Assembly: GCA_011109175.1 (NCBI GenBank)
Contig: RDEW01000024.1
Span: 621,189-685,188, forward strand
Direction of reading: 5' to 3'
Origin: Dicyema japonicum
Lineage: Eukaryota; Animalia; Dicyemida
Length of the DNA: 64,000 nucleotides
Numbering within the stretch: position 1 is the first letter of the stretch; each line of letters opens with the position of its first letter. The translations under genes were made by a program, and so were the position numbers. The notes beneath the pieces are model-generated. The model did not search any database. It saw only the letters and a program-made list of their open reading frames with translations, and was not told the origin of the DNA. This document shows positions 27,426-41,869 of this stretch, one piece after another.

Positions 27426-27559
27426 TATTTAAGGTTAACTACAATAGACTAATCTTTCTGTAGTCTACACAAACTATTGCAGGGCATAATTTTTTTAAAA
27501 ATAAAAATTGTTGATTGTCATTAGTGACTAGTGACTCCTCTATTTGAACCCGCACGCTA

Positions 27560-29060
27560 ACTCGCAAACAAGAGTATGAAGTACTACGTATCGATCATCC
27601 ATAAAAATTTTTCTCGTTCTACACACTTGTTGAACAACGCCGGCCACAACAAGAACCGTATTCCACCTTCTTCACCTTCGATGATGTTGACAAGGCTATT
27701 AAATTGTGGTCCTGACGATATTTGCACTATTCACCGCAAACATCTTGGACCTCAGGCACGGGCCATACTTTCAAGACTGCACAACGACTCTATCAACTAC
27801 CATACGCTACCTAATATATGGAAAAACTCCCTGTTTACGCCAATCTTGAACCCAGAAAACAACAAAGACGTTCCCTCTTCTTACCGCCCCATCTCAAATA
27901 ACTTGTGTTTTATTAAAAGTACTGGAAAAGCTTGTATTAATGCGCATCTCTCCTATTCTACATCTACCTGAGTTTCAACATAGTTTCAGAGCAGACCGTT
28001 CTACAACGACTCATCTTGGTTCTATCTCCCAGTTTATTACTGACGGCTTCAACATGAACACACTTATGGACGGCCTTAGTATCCATCGACATACAGAAGG
28101 CCTTTGATTCTGTTCCGGAAACTCCTAACAATAAAGATTTTTAACTCGAACTTACACCCAAGCTATGTCTGGAAAACTTCCTAACTGGACGATGCGGAAT
28201 GGTCCGATTGACAAAACCACTTCAAAATCAAGATTAATGGGCTCCCGCAAGGCTCCCCTTTATCTCCTCTCCTTTTCAACTTATTTCTACATGACCTACC
28301 TACTACCAATGACCAGGACACTATGTTTTTATCCAATGCGGACGACCTAATTATCGCTGCAAGAAGTAAATCTCCTTCCGTGGCTGTAGCAACTGTTCAG
28401 ATACACCAAAACCGAATTTGTGACTGGCTATCTGCAAAAATGTTATGTGTATCAGCATCCAAGTCTCAGTTCACATTATTCACTACGGACAGAAGGTTCG
28501 ATGGTGGGCTTGAGATGTCCATCGGAAACACTCCCATCCCTTCTACACGGACTCAGAAGATCCTTGGTGTAGTTTTCGACTCTCTGTTGACGTTTTCGAG
28601 TCACGTGGAGAAGGTGCTCGCCAAAGATCTTCGGAAATGGAACATTCTGAATGAGATGATAAAGAAGAGCCCTCTCCCTCCGGCTGACTGCATCAGCAAG
28701 GTCTATCAACAAGTAATCGTACCGACCATTGAATATGCCTGATCCGTCTGGAGGTTTGCGGTTCCTCTTTTGAGAGTGGATTGTTTGAACTCCCTCAGGC
28801 GTAGAATTATGCACCACACGGACATCCCGATTTTTGACCTCGTTTCTGATGAGGAAACGTTGAAAAATTTTTCTGCAAGGAACTAGGAAACCCACTCAAG
28901 GAAAAGGTGGCCCATGCAGAGGAATTTCGGTAGGTAATAAAAAGTGCACGCCGATTGAATTCCTTTGCAGAAGAAGAGAAGACGCCTCCGGAGTGCGGTT
29001 GTATCATCAGAAGACCAAATGAAGAGAGTTCGGATGTTGCTGAGGCTGAGATCACCTAAT
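27560..29060 (+). mobile_element. Degenerate I/Jockey-group LINE reverse transcriptase
   Basis: LPNIWK, SSYRPIS, QH.FRA.RSTTT, NADDL, KILGVVFDSLLTF, VYQQVIVPTIEYA and a C-terminal CxxC. Confidence 0.8.
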
Positions 29061-29182
29061 TAGTTAGTTTTGACCTATCTTTTCTGGTGGTCTTGGGGTT
29101 AAATAAATAAAAGGCTCTCTAGGGTCCGTTTTAATACAGTGGACTGTAGATAGGCCTGAAGCTTCCTATCTACCTCTAACTG

Positions 29183-30497
29183 CTACAGATAACCCTTGTG
29201 GTACTTTGTTGCAATTCCTTCCCACATCATTACTATTGGAATAGCGAGGACCTTGCAACCAAACATCTGCTCCATCTCGTCTGCAAGCAAGTCATACTTC
29301 CTTTTTTTCTCCACCTCCACAGTCTGCAAACGGTCTTGAGATGTAATGCCAACCTCTATGATAAGGACTTGGCCAGACTCTTTATCGTTTACCACAGTGT
29401 CCGGTTTATTGTGCTTGACTAGCACCGAGGTACGGATAACACTGTCTACCTTAATTTGGACCATGGTGTTCTCTACTACAGATTGCACCTTATGAGTCTG
29501 CAACTTTCTGGTGTGGCGAATACCATACTTATTGCATAGTAGAAGATGAAGACTTCTTACTACCTCGTTGCCTCCACACATAGTCGTGGCAGAGCATGGA
29601 TCCACATCGAGTGGCTAAATGATCAACCGACATGCTCCTTGACTTACAGTGGGGACATGTATTTGTTGATCGACCCCAAAAAATATTGCGGTCTTGCATA
29701 TACGTGTACAACGCCTCCGATCGAGGTGAGTTGTCACCGTATTTTAGCCATATTGTCGACGACTTAAGGTCGACATGTGGGTTGTCCAATGCTCTGAAGA
29801 GGACCTTATGAAGGCTTTTTAAGTTGATCTTTTCCATCAAATTATTATATTGTAATTCGATCAACGCCTTCACATTTACTAGCCCACCATCATCAACACC
29901 ATACTTAGCAGACAAAAAAGGTCTGATAGTGCCTAGGTGGGTTGCCCGTGTTTTCTCGGTCGTTATTATGGCGTGCTTCCTAGCAGACACACTTGACCCA
30001 GCTATCAGGGTGTCGTGCATTCGCATTAGGATACGCTCACTTAGTTGGACTACTCCACACAGTCCACGGCCGAATTTATCACGGGGTAAATATAGTCTCT
30101 CCTTATTGGCTGCCAGCACATGGACATGGTTCTCTCTGAGTACTCCGTGGATCACAACATCCATCTCATCATACTCTTTGGGCTCAAACTCCACAACACC
30201 TATGTAGTAGTTTAGCAGCGAGACAGCATACTCATTTAATGCTAAGAACAAATTCCTTGCATTTAGAGACGTCTTACACAATAACGCTGCTCTTTTACGG
30301 ATGCCTTCAGTAATTTGTCTCTTTGTCTCAAGCATTATAAGGGACTTTAAAGTTTCGGTAACACCCAGATACTTATATCCTTCGTGTTCCTCTAGGACTC
30401 TTACTAACTCGCTACATAATTGCATGTTAGTCGCAGACCTTGAATAATTCAAATCTAGTCCTATACTCTCAAAGAATTCTTTGGCACAGACTTCCAT
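29183..30497 (-). mobile_element. Second R4/Dong-clade element, 3' part
   Basis: YKYLG, NARNLFLALNEYA, CPHCKSRSMSVDHLATRC, KPDTVV..IEVGITSQDRLQ..KRKYDLLADE. Confidence 0.9.
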
Positions 30498-30559
30498 GGA
30501 GTAGAGCTCATACGCTGTTCGAGCATATCTTCAGGTTATCGATAAAAAGGTGATTTACT

Positions 30560-31260
30560 AAAACAAACCTCCTCACAATGAACTGGCATTTGCTCAAACC
30601 GGTCATTGAGCGGCGACTCAATGGCTCCAAACAGAGAACAAAGAGCAGCGGAGACATGCTATCCTCCTGAAGGATCCCTCTCGAGTTTTACCTCGCCTAT
30701 TTGGTGCCTATAACAGTTCAGATGAATACTCCACATATTCAGGAATTGATTTCTACTCACACTAGATCTCCGAAAATGCCAGTTCATTGTGAGGAGGTTT
30801 GTTTCAGTAGAAATCAACTCCAACTGGGACGTTATCTATTAAGTCATGAGTTCAGTATTTGCTGTCTTCAAGAAACAAAAATTACCTCATATTCTTGGAT
30901 GATTATTATACTTTGGACTCTGATTGTCACCATTTTGGTCTTGGATTTGTGTCAACATATCTTTATGACCTTGTGACACGTGTATGGACTGTCCTTGATC
31001 TATTGCAGTCATCCAACTCAAGTTCGGAATGTAACCTAATTCTGTCATCTCTATCATCAATTTTCATGCTCTGACCACTTCCAGGGATGATGCCAACCCT
31101 AAGAGCTCAGTGTGTTCTCTCATGTTTGACTGAGACACGTGACTAACTTCGTCATTATTCTGACGTTCATTGGTGGTGATTGGAAAGCTAGAGTTGGTAA
31201 AGTGAGGAATGAGAGACTATGCTTGGAACAGCCGAAAAGCTTAGTTTGTCATAACAGAAT
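30560..31260 (+). mobile_element. RTE-type AP-endonuclease remnant (duplicate of 1-560)
   Basis: SICCLQETK, HHFGLGF, GGDW.ARVGKV. Confidence 0.65.
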
Positions 31261-31294
31261 ATTTACCTCACACGTGGTCAATCTCTAAAAAATT

Positions 31295-32085
31295 TGGTCA
31301 TAATCCCTAATGTTCTATAACGATAACTTTAATTCAGAATCATTAGCGATCGACCTATATAACGTGAATTATTTATAGATCATAAATAGCAATTTTTTTA
31401 AACGAACGAAAATGTTGTTGCATATCGTATTGATGAGTTCGGTCTTAGGATTTCCTTATCACTTCGTAAATAGTCCTGAGCTATATAGCGTATATTTGAC
31501 ACATTAATTTTTAGACACAAGTTATTCTGATTGTTCGAAGTTTTCTTAAGGATTTGGAAGGTTATATTATTTTAAATTTTAAGGAAAAAAATTAATAGCT
31601 AATTATGATGAACTAGAAGTATCAGTATAAATAAATTTTAGGCTTGTATAAAGGCATTCTCGCAACTTGATGTTGAAAAATCGGAAGAAAATGAAAAAAC
31701 TCAACATTTAGTTGTAAAATAATAAACATGTAGAACTATTTCTTTCAAAATCTTTCAGCTGCTTTACAGATATTGATTGATAATGAAACATCTATTACTG
31801 AAAATATAAAAATGAATGCAGGTAGAGTAATAGATCTATTAAAAATGTTAAAAGAACCGCTTTCGAGCAATAAATGTTTAACCCAATAATATATTTTAGT
31901 ACCCGAAATATACTTAATTGTCAAAGACATATTGCTTGTATCATAAGTATAATTTTTAGGTGAATATTAAAGACAATCTCCCTAATGAAAATTTTTTGGT
32001 AAAAAAATTACTCAGTTTAGATACATGGTGTAAAATTTTGCCTAATGTATTTTACATTAATAATTAACGCGATGAGGGATACTAG
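31295..32085 (+). pseudogene. Gene family X, copy 3
   Basis: Body of copy-1 type but 3' end identical to copies 2 and 4. Micro-intron at 31876-31899. Confidence 0.6.
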
Positions 32086-32870
32086 CTATGTTCCAAGTTA
32101 CCTATTTGTCTAAATCTGCAGAAAAACTGATTTTTTCCATGGTTTTGGCTATGCCAGCTCTGGCAGTTCTTCAAAATTAATCCTTCCGTTACTAATATAA
32201 ACTCTGGTTTTGTTCGGACTTGGGAATAATTGGTTTCTATTCTTTTGGTTGTTTCATACTTTTGCTTCTCATAATTCATTACTGACTTTATTCAAATCTC
32301 TCGCTTTTTCGGAAAGAAATTCATTAAGTTTAGAAAATATTGCTGATTAGGTCAGTCTGTAACAATTTTTTATTTTCATAATGATTCGTCTCTGAAAACT
32401 GATGATCATAGGTCCCATTCATTTAATACCCGTTTCGAATCTAGTCCCGTCCATCTCAACTTGAGATTCCAGATATCTCCCGTGTTTCTTGCCCTAAGAT
32501 TCCAATGACGAATCAACATGGAACTTGACTGCCCATCGGGACTGGATTGTCAACCAACAGAAAGAAATAAGTCAATAACATTCCTGATGCCTTGTCCCAA
32601 TTATCATAACTGTTCATTAAATAAAAATTGTGTCTTGCCAATGTGTAAGTTACTAGTGTAGACACCACTAGAGAATGGGTTTTGGTATTAACCCCATTTT
32701 AGTTCACAATAAAGCCAAAATGCTCATTGATGAAGACTATACAAAATGCCACGTTGTTTTAGAATTTCTTTCATTTTTTATTTTTCTGAATAATAAAATT
32801 TGTTGAAACGACTGGATCTTAAATAACAAGGACTTTAGCTTTGCGATTTTGAATTTCAAAATATTTATGT
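32085..32870 (-). repeat. Partial composite repeat Y
   Basis: Near-identical to 14875-15660. Confidence 0.8.
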
Positions 32871-32984
32871 CGCATCTTCTATTTCTCGTGAATACCACTC
32901 CTTTGTATAGGAAGAGATATACCCACATTGAACGTATCTAGAGGAAAGAGGGTCAAAGTAGTCTATTTGGACTTGATGAAGATA

Positions 32985-33055
32985 CAGGGCGTAATTATTC
33001 AACCAGGTGAGTCGTGGGAATCGAACCACAGCTAAATGGTACGCGAGCAACAAAA
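32985..33055 (-). repeat. tRNA-related SINE head fragment
   Basis: Minus strand GTGGTTCGATTCCCACGACTCACCTGG resembles the B-box region of SINE-A. Confidence 0.45.
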
Positions 33056-33120
33056 GTAGCAACCTGTTTCAATATTCCACCTTTATTGAATCTTGACCTT
33101 GGGACATTTTCTGTTTAGAG

Positions 33121-33250
33121 CAGGCATGTCAAACACGCGGCCCGCACAAATGATTGTTATACAGCGACGACATTAAGGCGGACCGTGTCAATAAATGAGA
33201 AGCAGTGGATTACCGGCAATGGGGTAAAACTGATAGGCCGCGGTTATGAG
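33121..33250 (+). mobile_element. hAT (Charlie/Buster-like) terminal sequence
   Basis: CAGGCATGTCAAACACGCGGCCCGC preceded by the 8-bp TA-centred GTTTAGAG. Confidence 0.6.
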
Positions 33251-33499
33251 TGCTTTACGTGTTCAAAAGACGTTCATACGCTTTAACTTTATATACGAAC
33301 GTTCCCAGAACAACGACATTGTTCTACAAGGTGTTTGCTTCCACGTGTTTGGTGTAACACTGGGCGCTTACATCCATAACATGATACTTAAATTGTTTCA
33401 TTTATTTATTATTTATTTAATAATCCCGAAAAGGGAACACCAAGAAAGAAGGAGTAAACCAACTAATTAAATAATCCCGGTACACCTCAAAAAGATCGA

Positions 33500-34430
33500 G
33501 AGGTTTTTCTTATGTTCCTCCAGAGTACCCACGGCCTTTCTGTATCGATGACGATCACCATTCATTAACATTTGAAGAGGGGTGGGTTTTTTGTAATTTA
33601 CGTTTACTTAAGGTTTTTACTCTTGAATGGAAGAAACGACATGTTTCGTGACCACACAGACCAATGAAACCGGAGCCGTTGTTTTCGATTGAGGCGTGGT
33701 CAAGCATTGAGGGAAGATCGGCAAGTAGATTCGTCAGAGGTACCAATTGGATGCTAGGGAATTGATTTTGTACAAATTGGATGTTGAACTCCATAAACCC
33801 ATGAGGCACAAGCATACTCAACCGTCGGTTTTAAAAGTTGATTGTACAAGACGACAGCGCATTCTCTGACGGCCTGGACTTTAAGAACGATTTCATTACA
33901 TTCAGTTTCCTGAGACCCTTTGTCATAACGTTCTTCATAATAATAATAACAGCCTTTTTTCACGGAGCCGTGGTATTAGTTCCGCATAGGCAGGACACAC
34001 ACTTTATTTAAGTAAAGAACAGTTAATTTTAACTAATCGTAGAACCAAGGAATGATCTTCACTTCTTTTTCTTGTGTGTGGGTCCTTTCTAGACAATCCA
34101 GTTCCGCAGTGAGAGTCCACTGGCGTCACTCGTAAAGCCTTTTAGCATCGTAGATGCGTGGAACCTTCCACCAGGTGAACAGCAGCGAGAATCGAACCCG
34201 TAACCTAAGTCACTTTAGCCCGACACCTAGCCACTATGCCACGTTCTTCATATGTTGAGAAAATGTCTTCAAAGGATCGAAAGTCACTCCCAGAATAGTT
34301 AGATGAATCTGTAGAGGTAAAGAGTCTCTATATATGCTCAAATCTAGTGTATATTTTGCTTTTCTGTCTGAGGTGAAGATAGTATAAGTTGATTTATCCC
34401 TGGATATGGAGAGACGATTCAAATTCAATT
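33500..34430 (-). mobile_element. I/Jockey-group RT C-terminal remnant interrupted by a SINE
   Basis: ILGVTFDPLKTF and LYNQLLKPTVEYACASW, paralogous to the 28323 ORF. Confidence 0.7.
33940..34240 (-). mobile_element. Full-length SINE, subfamily A
   Basis: Reverse-complement homolog of 26281-26592. 12-bp TSD ACGTTCTTCATA at 33928-33939 and 34241-34252. (TTA)4 tail. Confidence 0.9.
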
Positions 34431-34526
34431 AGGCTTCCAGGTTTCATTTATTGGCGATATTTTAATAAATTAAAAAAATTTGCGCTTTTTTATTTAAAAA
34501 AATAATAAATTTTATCTTGTGGAGTC

Positions 34527-34928
34527 GTGCCAGTTAATAATTGTCTCTATAAAGCACTGCGCAAACTGACCCGATTTAGAATGACATCATCAGCAAAGAT
34601 GACGCAGCAACAGGGATGTTTTACAAAAATAGAGCAAGCCAGTGTCGCTTCTCTTACTGCAAGCTATGAACTCAGCCGAATGATCTCCATGAGTGGCATG
34701 TCTAACGGTGAAAGAGATCTCATAAAGCATTGCTTGCAAAAACGGCTGATATTGTGTGTCCACAGAAAGCACAGTTATTTAGGACATTTCATTAACCAGG
34801 AACATTGTTGTGGACGGATTGATGAAATGGTGGATGATTTGAAACAACTGTTGAAGGCTGCATCATCTCAATTTGAACACTTTTCTAGCGCTATTGATGA
34901 AGAGCTGGTAAAGTCGAGCAGATTTTGA
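34527..34928 (+). mobile_element. hAT transposase fragment (GTF2IRD2-like), part of a duplication of 13224-14050
   Basis: ASYELSRMISMSG, RIDEMVDDLKQLL, FSSAIDEE. Confidence 0.7.
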
Positions 34929-35934
34929 ACAATAGAACCTCGCCAAAGACATGTTACAAGAGTCCAAAACTTTGAATGCCCCGGTGAAACAAATCGTGGA
35001 GAACAGGATTCGTGGATTCTTATGAAAGAACACAATATTTATTTTGTATTCTTATAGTTTTCAGTCCATTCAATGTTAGATCTCCAGTTTTTTAGACGGT
35101 AACCTTTAGTAGTCAGCAATCTTTAATTTGGTCGCGAATACCACACAAAACTAAACATTGTCTTGTCGATCCAGAATGTCAAACATAACCTTGTACGAGA
35201 GGATGAGGTGGGCGACTCGAGTGAAAAAGGAAAATCTCGATAAAGGTTTTTTGGACATGAGAATTGGCCTAAAATCTATCGAACGTTCCAGTGTAAGACT
35301 TTTCTTCTGACGATCCCCAATTTCATAAGCAACCAAGGACTAACCTATCGATGTTCTGCCGATTGAAAGGTATCTCAGAGATGAGAGGTCTTAATGGATT
35401 ACGCGAACTTACTCTTGACAGGAACAAGTAGAGGAAGATGACGTTGCTGATAGCTTCGCGAGTTGAACCTTTATTAATCCAAAAATCGAAAGGATGTGAG
35501 GGTACCGTTTGAATCCTCATGATGGTTAATGATCTGTGTTTAATTGATCACCAAAAAACGGAAAGTAGGTCAAATCTGGTTGGAATCTTAACAAATCAAT
35601 AATCTTGAAAGAAAAGCAAACTATTTCTCGGTCAGAATTTTTTTGTCATAACAGAATATTTACTTGCCATGTGGTCAATCTTTTAAATTAAAATAATTCC
35701 AAAGATTAAGGGTAACCAAACTAGCTAACTCCTTGATCCTGACTCGTTCCAGCGTTCCAGAACTTGTATCCAAGTAACGTCATTGTCCCCGGGGAAGAAT
35801 AGTTGGATCCTCTTGATGCCGGCCAGGCATTGGGTGTCTCCTCAATAAAGGTAGATCCATTTACGCCATCAGAAGGAAAATAATTTATGGCCAACTAGCC
35901 ATAACACCACATGGCACCGTGCGGCCATAGAATT

Positions 35935-36735
35935 TTGGTTATAATCCCTAATGTTCTGTAACGATAACTTTAATGCAGAATCATTAGCGATCGACCTATT
36001 TAACGTGAATTATTTATCGACCATAAATAACAATTTTATTAAAACGAACGAAAATGTTGTTGAATTTCGTATTGATGAGTTCGGTCTTAGGATCATATCA
36101 AAATTTTATAAGGAATGTTGGGACATTTTCCGTTTATTTGAGATATTAATTTATAGGAACATTTTCTTAATCTTTTCAAAAAATTACTTGTCTTTTTGGA
36201 AAGTTACTTATTTTCTAAATTTTAAGATAATGAAGACGGAATAAATATTGAATCTGATGAGATAGAAGTATTAATATAAATAAGTTTTAGACTTTTTTAT
36301 CAGAAATGTCATCACTTGATCCAGATGAATTGTCAGATGATAAAAAAAATGAATATTTAGTTGTAAATACTAACCATGTAGATAAAATTTTTGGAAAATG
36401 TATCAAAATCTTTAAAAAAGTTTCGTAACAAAAATCTTGATAAAAAATTTGATATAACTATAAAAAATGCAATGGATTACTTAGTTTTCCTTGAAAAGCG
36501 CTTAAGGATAAGAACAGTTTAACTCGATAATATATTTTAGCTCCTCTTGTTTACTTCACTGCTTTTGACGTATTGCTAGTAATTATAAGTATAATTTGTA
36601 GGATTTTGTTAAAAACCACGATTTTGTGCGTGATCGAAATTTTTTGGTAAAAAAATTACTCAGTTTAGATAAAATTAATAAAATATGTCATAGCATATAT
36701 TACAGCAGTATCTGACGCGATGAGGGATACTAGCT
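35935..36735 (+). pseudogene. Gene family X, copy 4, followed by truncated Y (36735-37130)
   Basis: FNAESLAIDLFNVNYLSTIN...FRIDEFGL. Introns of 24, 23, 24, 23 and 22 nt. Confidence 0.6.
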
Positions 36736-38049
36736 ATGTTCCAAGTTACCTATTTGTCTAAATCTGCAGAAAAACTGATTTTTTCCATGGTTTTGGCTAT
36801 GCCAGCTCTGGCAGTTCTTCAAAATTAATCCTTCCGTTACTAATATAAACTCTGGTTTGTTCGGACTTGGGATAATTGGTTTCTATTCTTTTGGTTGTTT
36901 CATACTTTTGCTTCTCATAATTCATTACTGACTTTATTCAAATCTCTCGCTTTTTCGGAAAGAAATTCATTAGGTTAGAAAATATTGCTGATTAGGTCAG
37001 TCTGTAACAATTTTTTATTTTCATAATGATTCGTCTTCTGAAAACTGATGATCATAGGTCCCATTCATTTACTACCCGTTTCGAATCTAGTCCCGTCCAT
37101 CTCAACTTGAGATTCCAGATATCTCCATCTTTTTTTCAGAATTTCTTTCATTTTTTTCTAAATAATAAAATTTGTTGAAACGACCTGCTGTTAGCAGGGC
37201 CATGGAAAGGATAGTCTTGAATAGCCAGGACTTTTACTTACCGGTCGTTGAATTTCTTAATCCGTTCTATAAGCAAAGCATCTACGTACCCATCTTATAT
37301 TTTGTCTTGTCAACCTTGAAGCATTGTGAGTACTTTTATAGGAGAATATCTTTAGTACTGGGAAATCTGCCAATTCCGCAAATATACCTGTGACCTTTAA
37401 AAATATCAATTATACTTTCTAATAACAATTTTACTAAGAGATGTAAATCATCCCTGTCTGCTTAGGTTTTCACGTGGGTCACGTGCTGGTAAAGAAAACT
37501 GGCTACAAAACTGGACTCGGAATGGAACTTCCTTGTTTTGAGTTTTTATGATTTTTGGCTTAATAATAAATGTAGGCAGCATAGCTATCTACATCCACCA
37601 AAATACTACCTAATATTTCTCCAGGTAGTGACAACAGAAGGAGGACCGAACTACATAAATATTTTGATGTCACTTATTAGGTCAGTCCGACACAAATACA
37701 TATTTTTAATAATTGAAGTTACAAAAAGGTCACCTTCAAGAGAATCCCGGCCTTGGGGTACTTTCTCTGCTGACGTTATCTCTAAAGTAGAGGTCATTTG
37801 AATCATTTGATCAGTTCGAAGGCTATTTTGAAATATTGAATTTGTTTGTTTTAATGAATAAATCATATCTGAAGAGGAATGTGGCAATTTTATAAAATTA
37901 GAAGGGAAAGGTTTTTCCCATTGAAAATGCTTGGAGAAGGTTTAGATCCAAAAAAATACTTTTTGAAACTCTCCCAAGACTTTCGAATTAGATCTTTGAA
38001 TTTTTAGCATAATATTTTTAGAAATTTGTGAAAAATTGTTCAGCAGGGT

Positions 38050-39330
38050 GAGTGACCTACTTACAATGATCTCTGAGGTTTTGACGGCGGAGGTTCAAAT
38101 ATGACCTTTCCAGCCAGAATATCGTGTTTTAGATTCTCGGCCTTTCCAGAGCTGATCCTGAGTGAGTTGTCAGCAGTGAAAGTTGAAGAAAAAAGCCATC
38201 CCAGGCGAGGTATCTACCACTTTTTCACAGAAGGAGATGTTCCTCTTTTGTTTACTTAGGACATTTCGAGAGGCTCCAACTGAACTGAAATCCGGAGGCC
38301 TCAGCTCAGACTCCTTCCATTTTTTCCGGTAGGAAAGAGGGTGGTGACTTTTCACATCGATGAGACGTGTGAAAATCAAATCAGAGGTGGACTCAGATTC
38401 CTATTCTTGTAGATTCGTAATCTAATAGTGTCCCGGGGGAGATGCATAAAAAAGCTCTTAGCCTAATCTGGTTTCAGTCGTCAATACGGAAGTAACGCAT
38501 GCAAGACTCTCTTTTCCTGTTCTGGTTTCATTCCATCGAAATTTTCGAACAAATCATTTCATGCCAGTCTCGTTGTTTTTCAGTGTTCCACGAGGATCCC
38601 GGTATTAGATGCGTCCAAATTTCCTGTACGACGCATTTTTTATAAACTCCTGTTGAATTCTTATTGAAGCATTTTCCTGTGAAAGAACTCGTCTGATTGT
38701 CCGACTAGTTGATAACTTTGACTAAAGACGCCTTTCATTGCGACGAGCCCGCTTCTGTATGAGAACCATCTTCCTCCGTTTGGCACTATCAGGCATGACA
38801 GTCCGAGTTTTTAATGGGCATCCCATATCCATACGTATATGAGGGTCTTAATAATTGTAGGAAGCATAGCTAACCTCTATCTCCCACCAAAATACTAACT
38901 AATTTCATTGGTTAAGCAACGAGACCGAGACATTGAGATTGTTCTCAATTTCTCCTTTTCTTTTCGCTTGCGTGCGAGTCCCAGAGAGAATCTGGTCCCG
39001 CAGGGTGAACCACTGATGACAGCGTCAATTGTAACCGGAATGAACAGCAGCTATATTCCATGCATTGTTCGAGAAATAATAATTGTTAATATGCACTGTG
39101 CTGTACTTTCACAGATCCGACTAACCAACTTGTACGATGAGTCCCCAGATCTTCAGAGATTAGCAATTTCACTTTTATCTTAAGCAAGAAATCTTTAGTA
39201 AAGTTGTTCTTTGTCTTCCTCGATTTTTTTTAATAATTGGCGGATAAAGTAAGTCTCCATTCCATAGTTGGTGGGAACTGAAGTGTCTAAGCGTAAAGAT
39301 GTCCAAAGAGTTTCCGCCAGTCTTCAAAAG
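38050..39330 (-). mobile_element. Longer degenerate CRE-like retrotransposon
   Basis: PGTLLDYESTRIGI, KSGRYLAWD and KVIFEP in broken minus frames. Confidence 0.55.
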
Positions 39331-39531
39331 ATTATCTCTGACAGTTTTATGACATTGTAGAAGTAATAAAATCTATAGGTTGAAGTCATTAATGGCCACT
39401 GCTCTCCAATGACAGATCGTAGTTGTGTTCTGGATTTTGTCCGATACAATAATAAAAAAAATAAATATTAAACATAAAAAAATAAATATTAAATAAATTT
39501 ATTTAAATTATTATTTTCTTTGTTGTGTGCT

Positions 39532-40126
39532 ATGAATCCAAACAATCCAAATTTTGTTCCTTTTGTACCTATTTATGGATCTGATAACTACAATTATCCA
39601 CCATCCGAATTAAATCCTCAACCCCCTTACAATGCTTACATAGGAACTGTTCCTTATCCAGAAACAGCACTCTACTACCCTCCATACTCGGTAGAGAAGG
39701 ATAAGGGCAAGAAGAAGAAGTCGGGGATTCCACAAAACATCCGTTCTGCGGCTGGGGACGTCTGGGAAGATAAAACCCTGCTTGACTGGGAGCCAAGTAA
39801 CTTTTATCTAATTTGCAGACGATTTCCGAATATTCTGTGGAGATCTGGGTAACGAAGTAACGGATGAAGTCCTAGCACGTGCCTTTTCGAAGTATCCTTC
39901 TCTGATTCGAACGAAGGTGGTGAGGGACAAGCGGACAAATAAAACTAAGGGATTCGGGTTTGTGAGCTTCAGGAATGCGACCGATTTCACCCGAGCGATG
40001 AAGGAGATGAACGGGAAATATGTGGGGAACAGGCCTATAAAGCTTCAGAAGAGTGTTTGGAAGGAGCGAAATATACAGAATGTTGTCAAAAAGGAGAGGA
40101 AGAAGAAAAAGTTGGGGTTTTGTTAG
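39532..40126 (+). CDS. RBM42: RNA-binding protein 42 (RRM, U4/U6.U5 tri-snRNP-associated); one 22-nt intron at 39797-39818
   Basis: After splicing: WEDKTLLDWEPNDFRIFCGDLGNEVTDEVLARAFSKYPS..VRDKRTNKTKGFGFVSF..MKEMNGKYVGNRPIKL. Confidence 0.95.
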
Positions 40127-40539
40127 TTAGGATTTATGATTTATAATAAAATTTGAAAATTATCATATTTTGTGTATTTATTAGTTATGCAAGCACGTGG
40201 GTTTAATTTACTAGGATAGAGTGACTTTGACCACATCTTATAATAGCCACGTGGGTGATCTCTGTTTGGTGTATTATTAGTTACATTGCTGTAGGTGTGT
40301 TCTTTCTTTCATAATTGGAAGGGACACGTGGGTTGTAATTGGTTGTTTAAAATTATCAGAAACTCATACCACGTGGTTAATTATGAGATGTTTTATTATT
40401 ATGGATATGATCTCCAAAACCGAACAACTTGAACTAGACTCTTTCCATCGAAGATAACTTAGATCCGTACTAGGACTAAACTGGCCAGCAGGAATAAAAA
40501 AGGAATCGCTGTACAAGAGATGTTGCCCACTGAGTCTCG

Positions 40540-40860
40540 AAATAGCTGAGATGCGCTGGAGGCTATTTGGACATATCTTGCGTATGGACTTGGGCGTTCC
40601 AGCAAACATAGCAATGGAGGACTACTTTATGAGACAGGGACAGTGCCTTCGTGGACGACGGCGTATTACACTATTCGAAACACTTGACGGAGATCTAAAG
40701 CTCGTGAACAAACGTCTTAGAAGTGGGGACGACCTGGATGAGTTGAGGAAACTCTCTTACGATCGAGGAGGTTGGAAGAAGTTGGTTCGGAGGATTGCTT
40801 TGAATGCTGCACGAGTGAAATTATAACTATTATGATTTTACAAATGTTGCTTATAATAAT
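40540..40860 (+). mobile_element. RTE 3' fragment
   Basis: RWRLFGHILRMDLGVPANIAMEDYF...RGRRRITL. Confidence 0.85.
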
Positions 40861-41399
40861 TCAAGGGTACTTCTTGGAGTTAACTTTCATCGGAGGACAC
40901 GTTGACTGTGTTACCACATCGTCCCGACAATGATTGAACCTCTTTAAGGCACTTCTTGGGTACTACGAAGTCAATCATCCTTAAACAGTGACCAAAACTC
41001 TATGGAAGTTTTCCAACTCAGTGGCGGATCCAACCCCCTTGAGGGCCATGTAGGGAAAACGGGCACGTGGGTTACCTGACCCAAGCATCCGCCTGTAACG
41101 TGGGTATATCTCATTTTGAACAAAATTTTTAACATTGATTTAAAATTTTGGTAGACATGGTCCATCTTAATGTGGAAGATAAGTTCGAGATATCTTAGCT
41201 TGCAATGGATCGACGTGAAAGTTAAGGATCTCTTTGAGCAACTTTCTATTGGTCCCTAGTGAGCGAAGCTGAGGTTATCACTACTTGTCACTTTTAATTC
41301 GAAGGCGATTCCCATACCTGTTTTCCAAATATGTGAGATGTGATTCCGTCGCACAATAAGTTGTCTGGAATGGTAGTGACTTTTCTAGTGCAATGCTGC

Positions 41400-41740
41400 T
41401 TAAAGGTGGAAATGTGCTTAAATTTTGATGGAAAAGTGGTAGATACCTCACATGGGACGCCACCTGTGCGGATACCTATCTCCTTTAACCTTGCTATGAC
41501 AGAAACTCACCAAGGCTAAACTTCGGAAAGGCTGAGTGAAGAAATACAAATGTCTTGGTAGACAGTTCATTTTTGAACCAGTTGCCATGGAAACATCAGA
41601 ACTCATATGAAGCAGATCACTGGCCCTGCTGATTAGATCACTTATTGCAAAAGAAAAATGGATAAAAAAAAAAGGAGATGACTCACTGAGCTCATTTCCT
41701 TACAGATTTTCGGGGGAATGCTTTCACAATTCTGAGAGTT
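41400..41740 (+). mobile_element. CRE-like REL fragment
   Basis: KSGRYLTWDATCADTY and FIFEPVAMETS. Confidence 0.75.
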
Positions 41741-41869
41741 GTTAACTGTCGGTGTTTATTCTTAACTGTCTCGTTTCAAATTCGAACATGTTAGATGATC
41801 TGCGGTTGTGGGTAAGCCTTTCTTGAAGCTGCGTTGGAGTGATACTAGGGAGAGATGTGGGAACTTGAT

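Noticed and set aside
37728-37754. Second 2A-like motif GHLQENPGL
   Set aside because: Lacks the D and the terminal P and has no supporting ORF context; probably chance.
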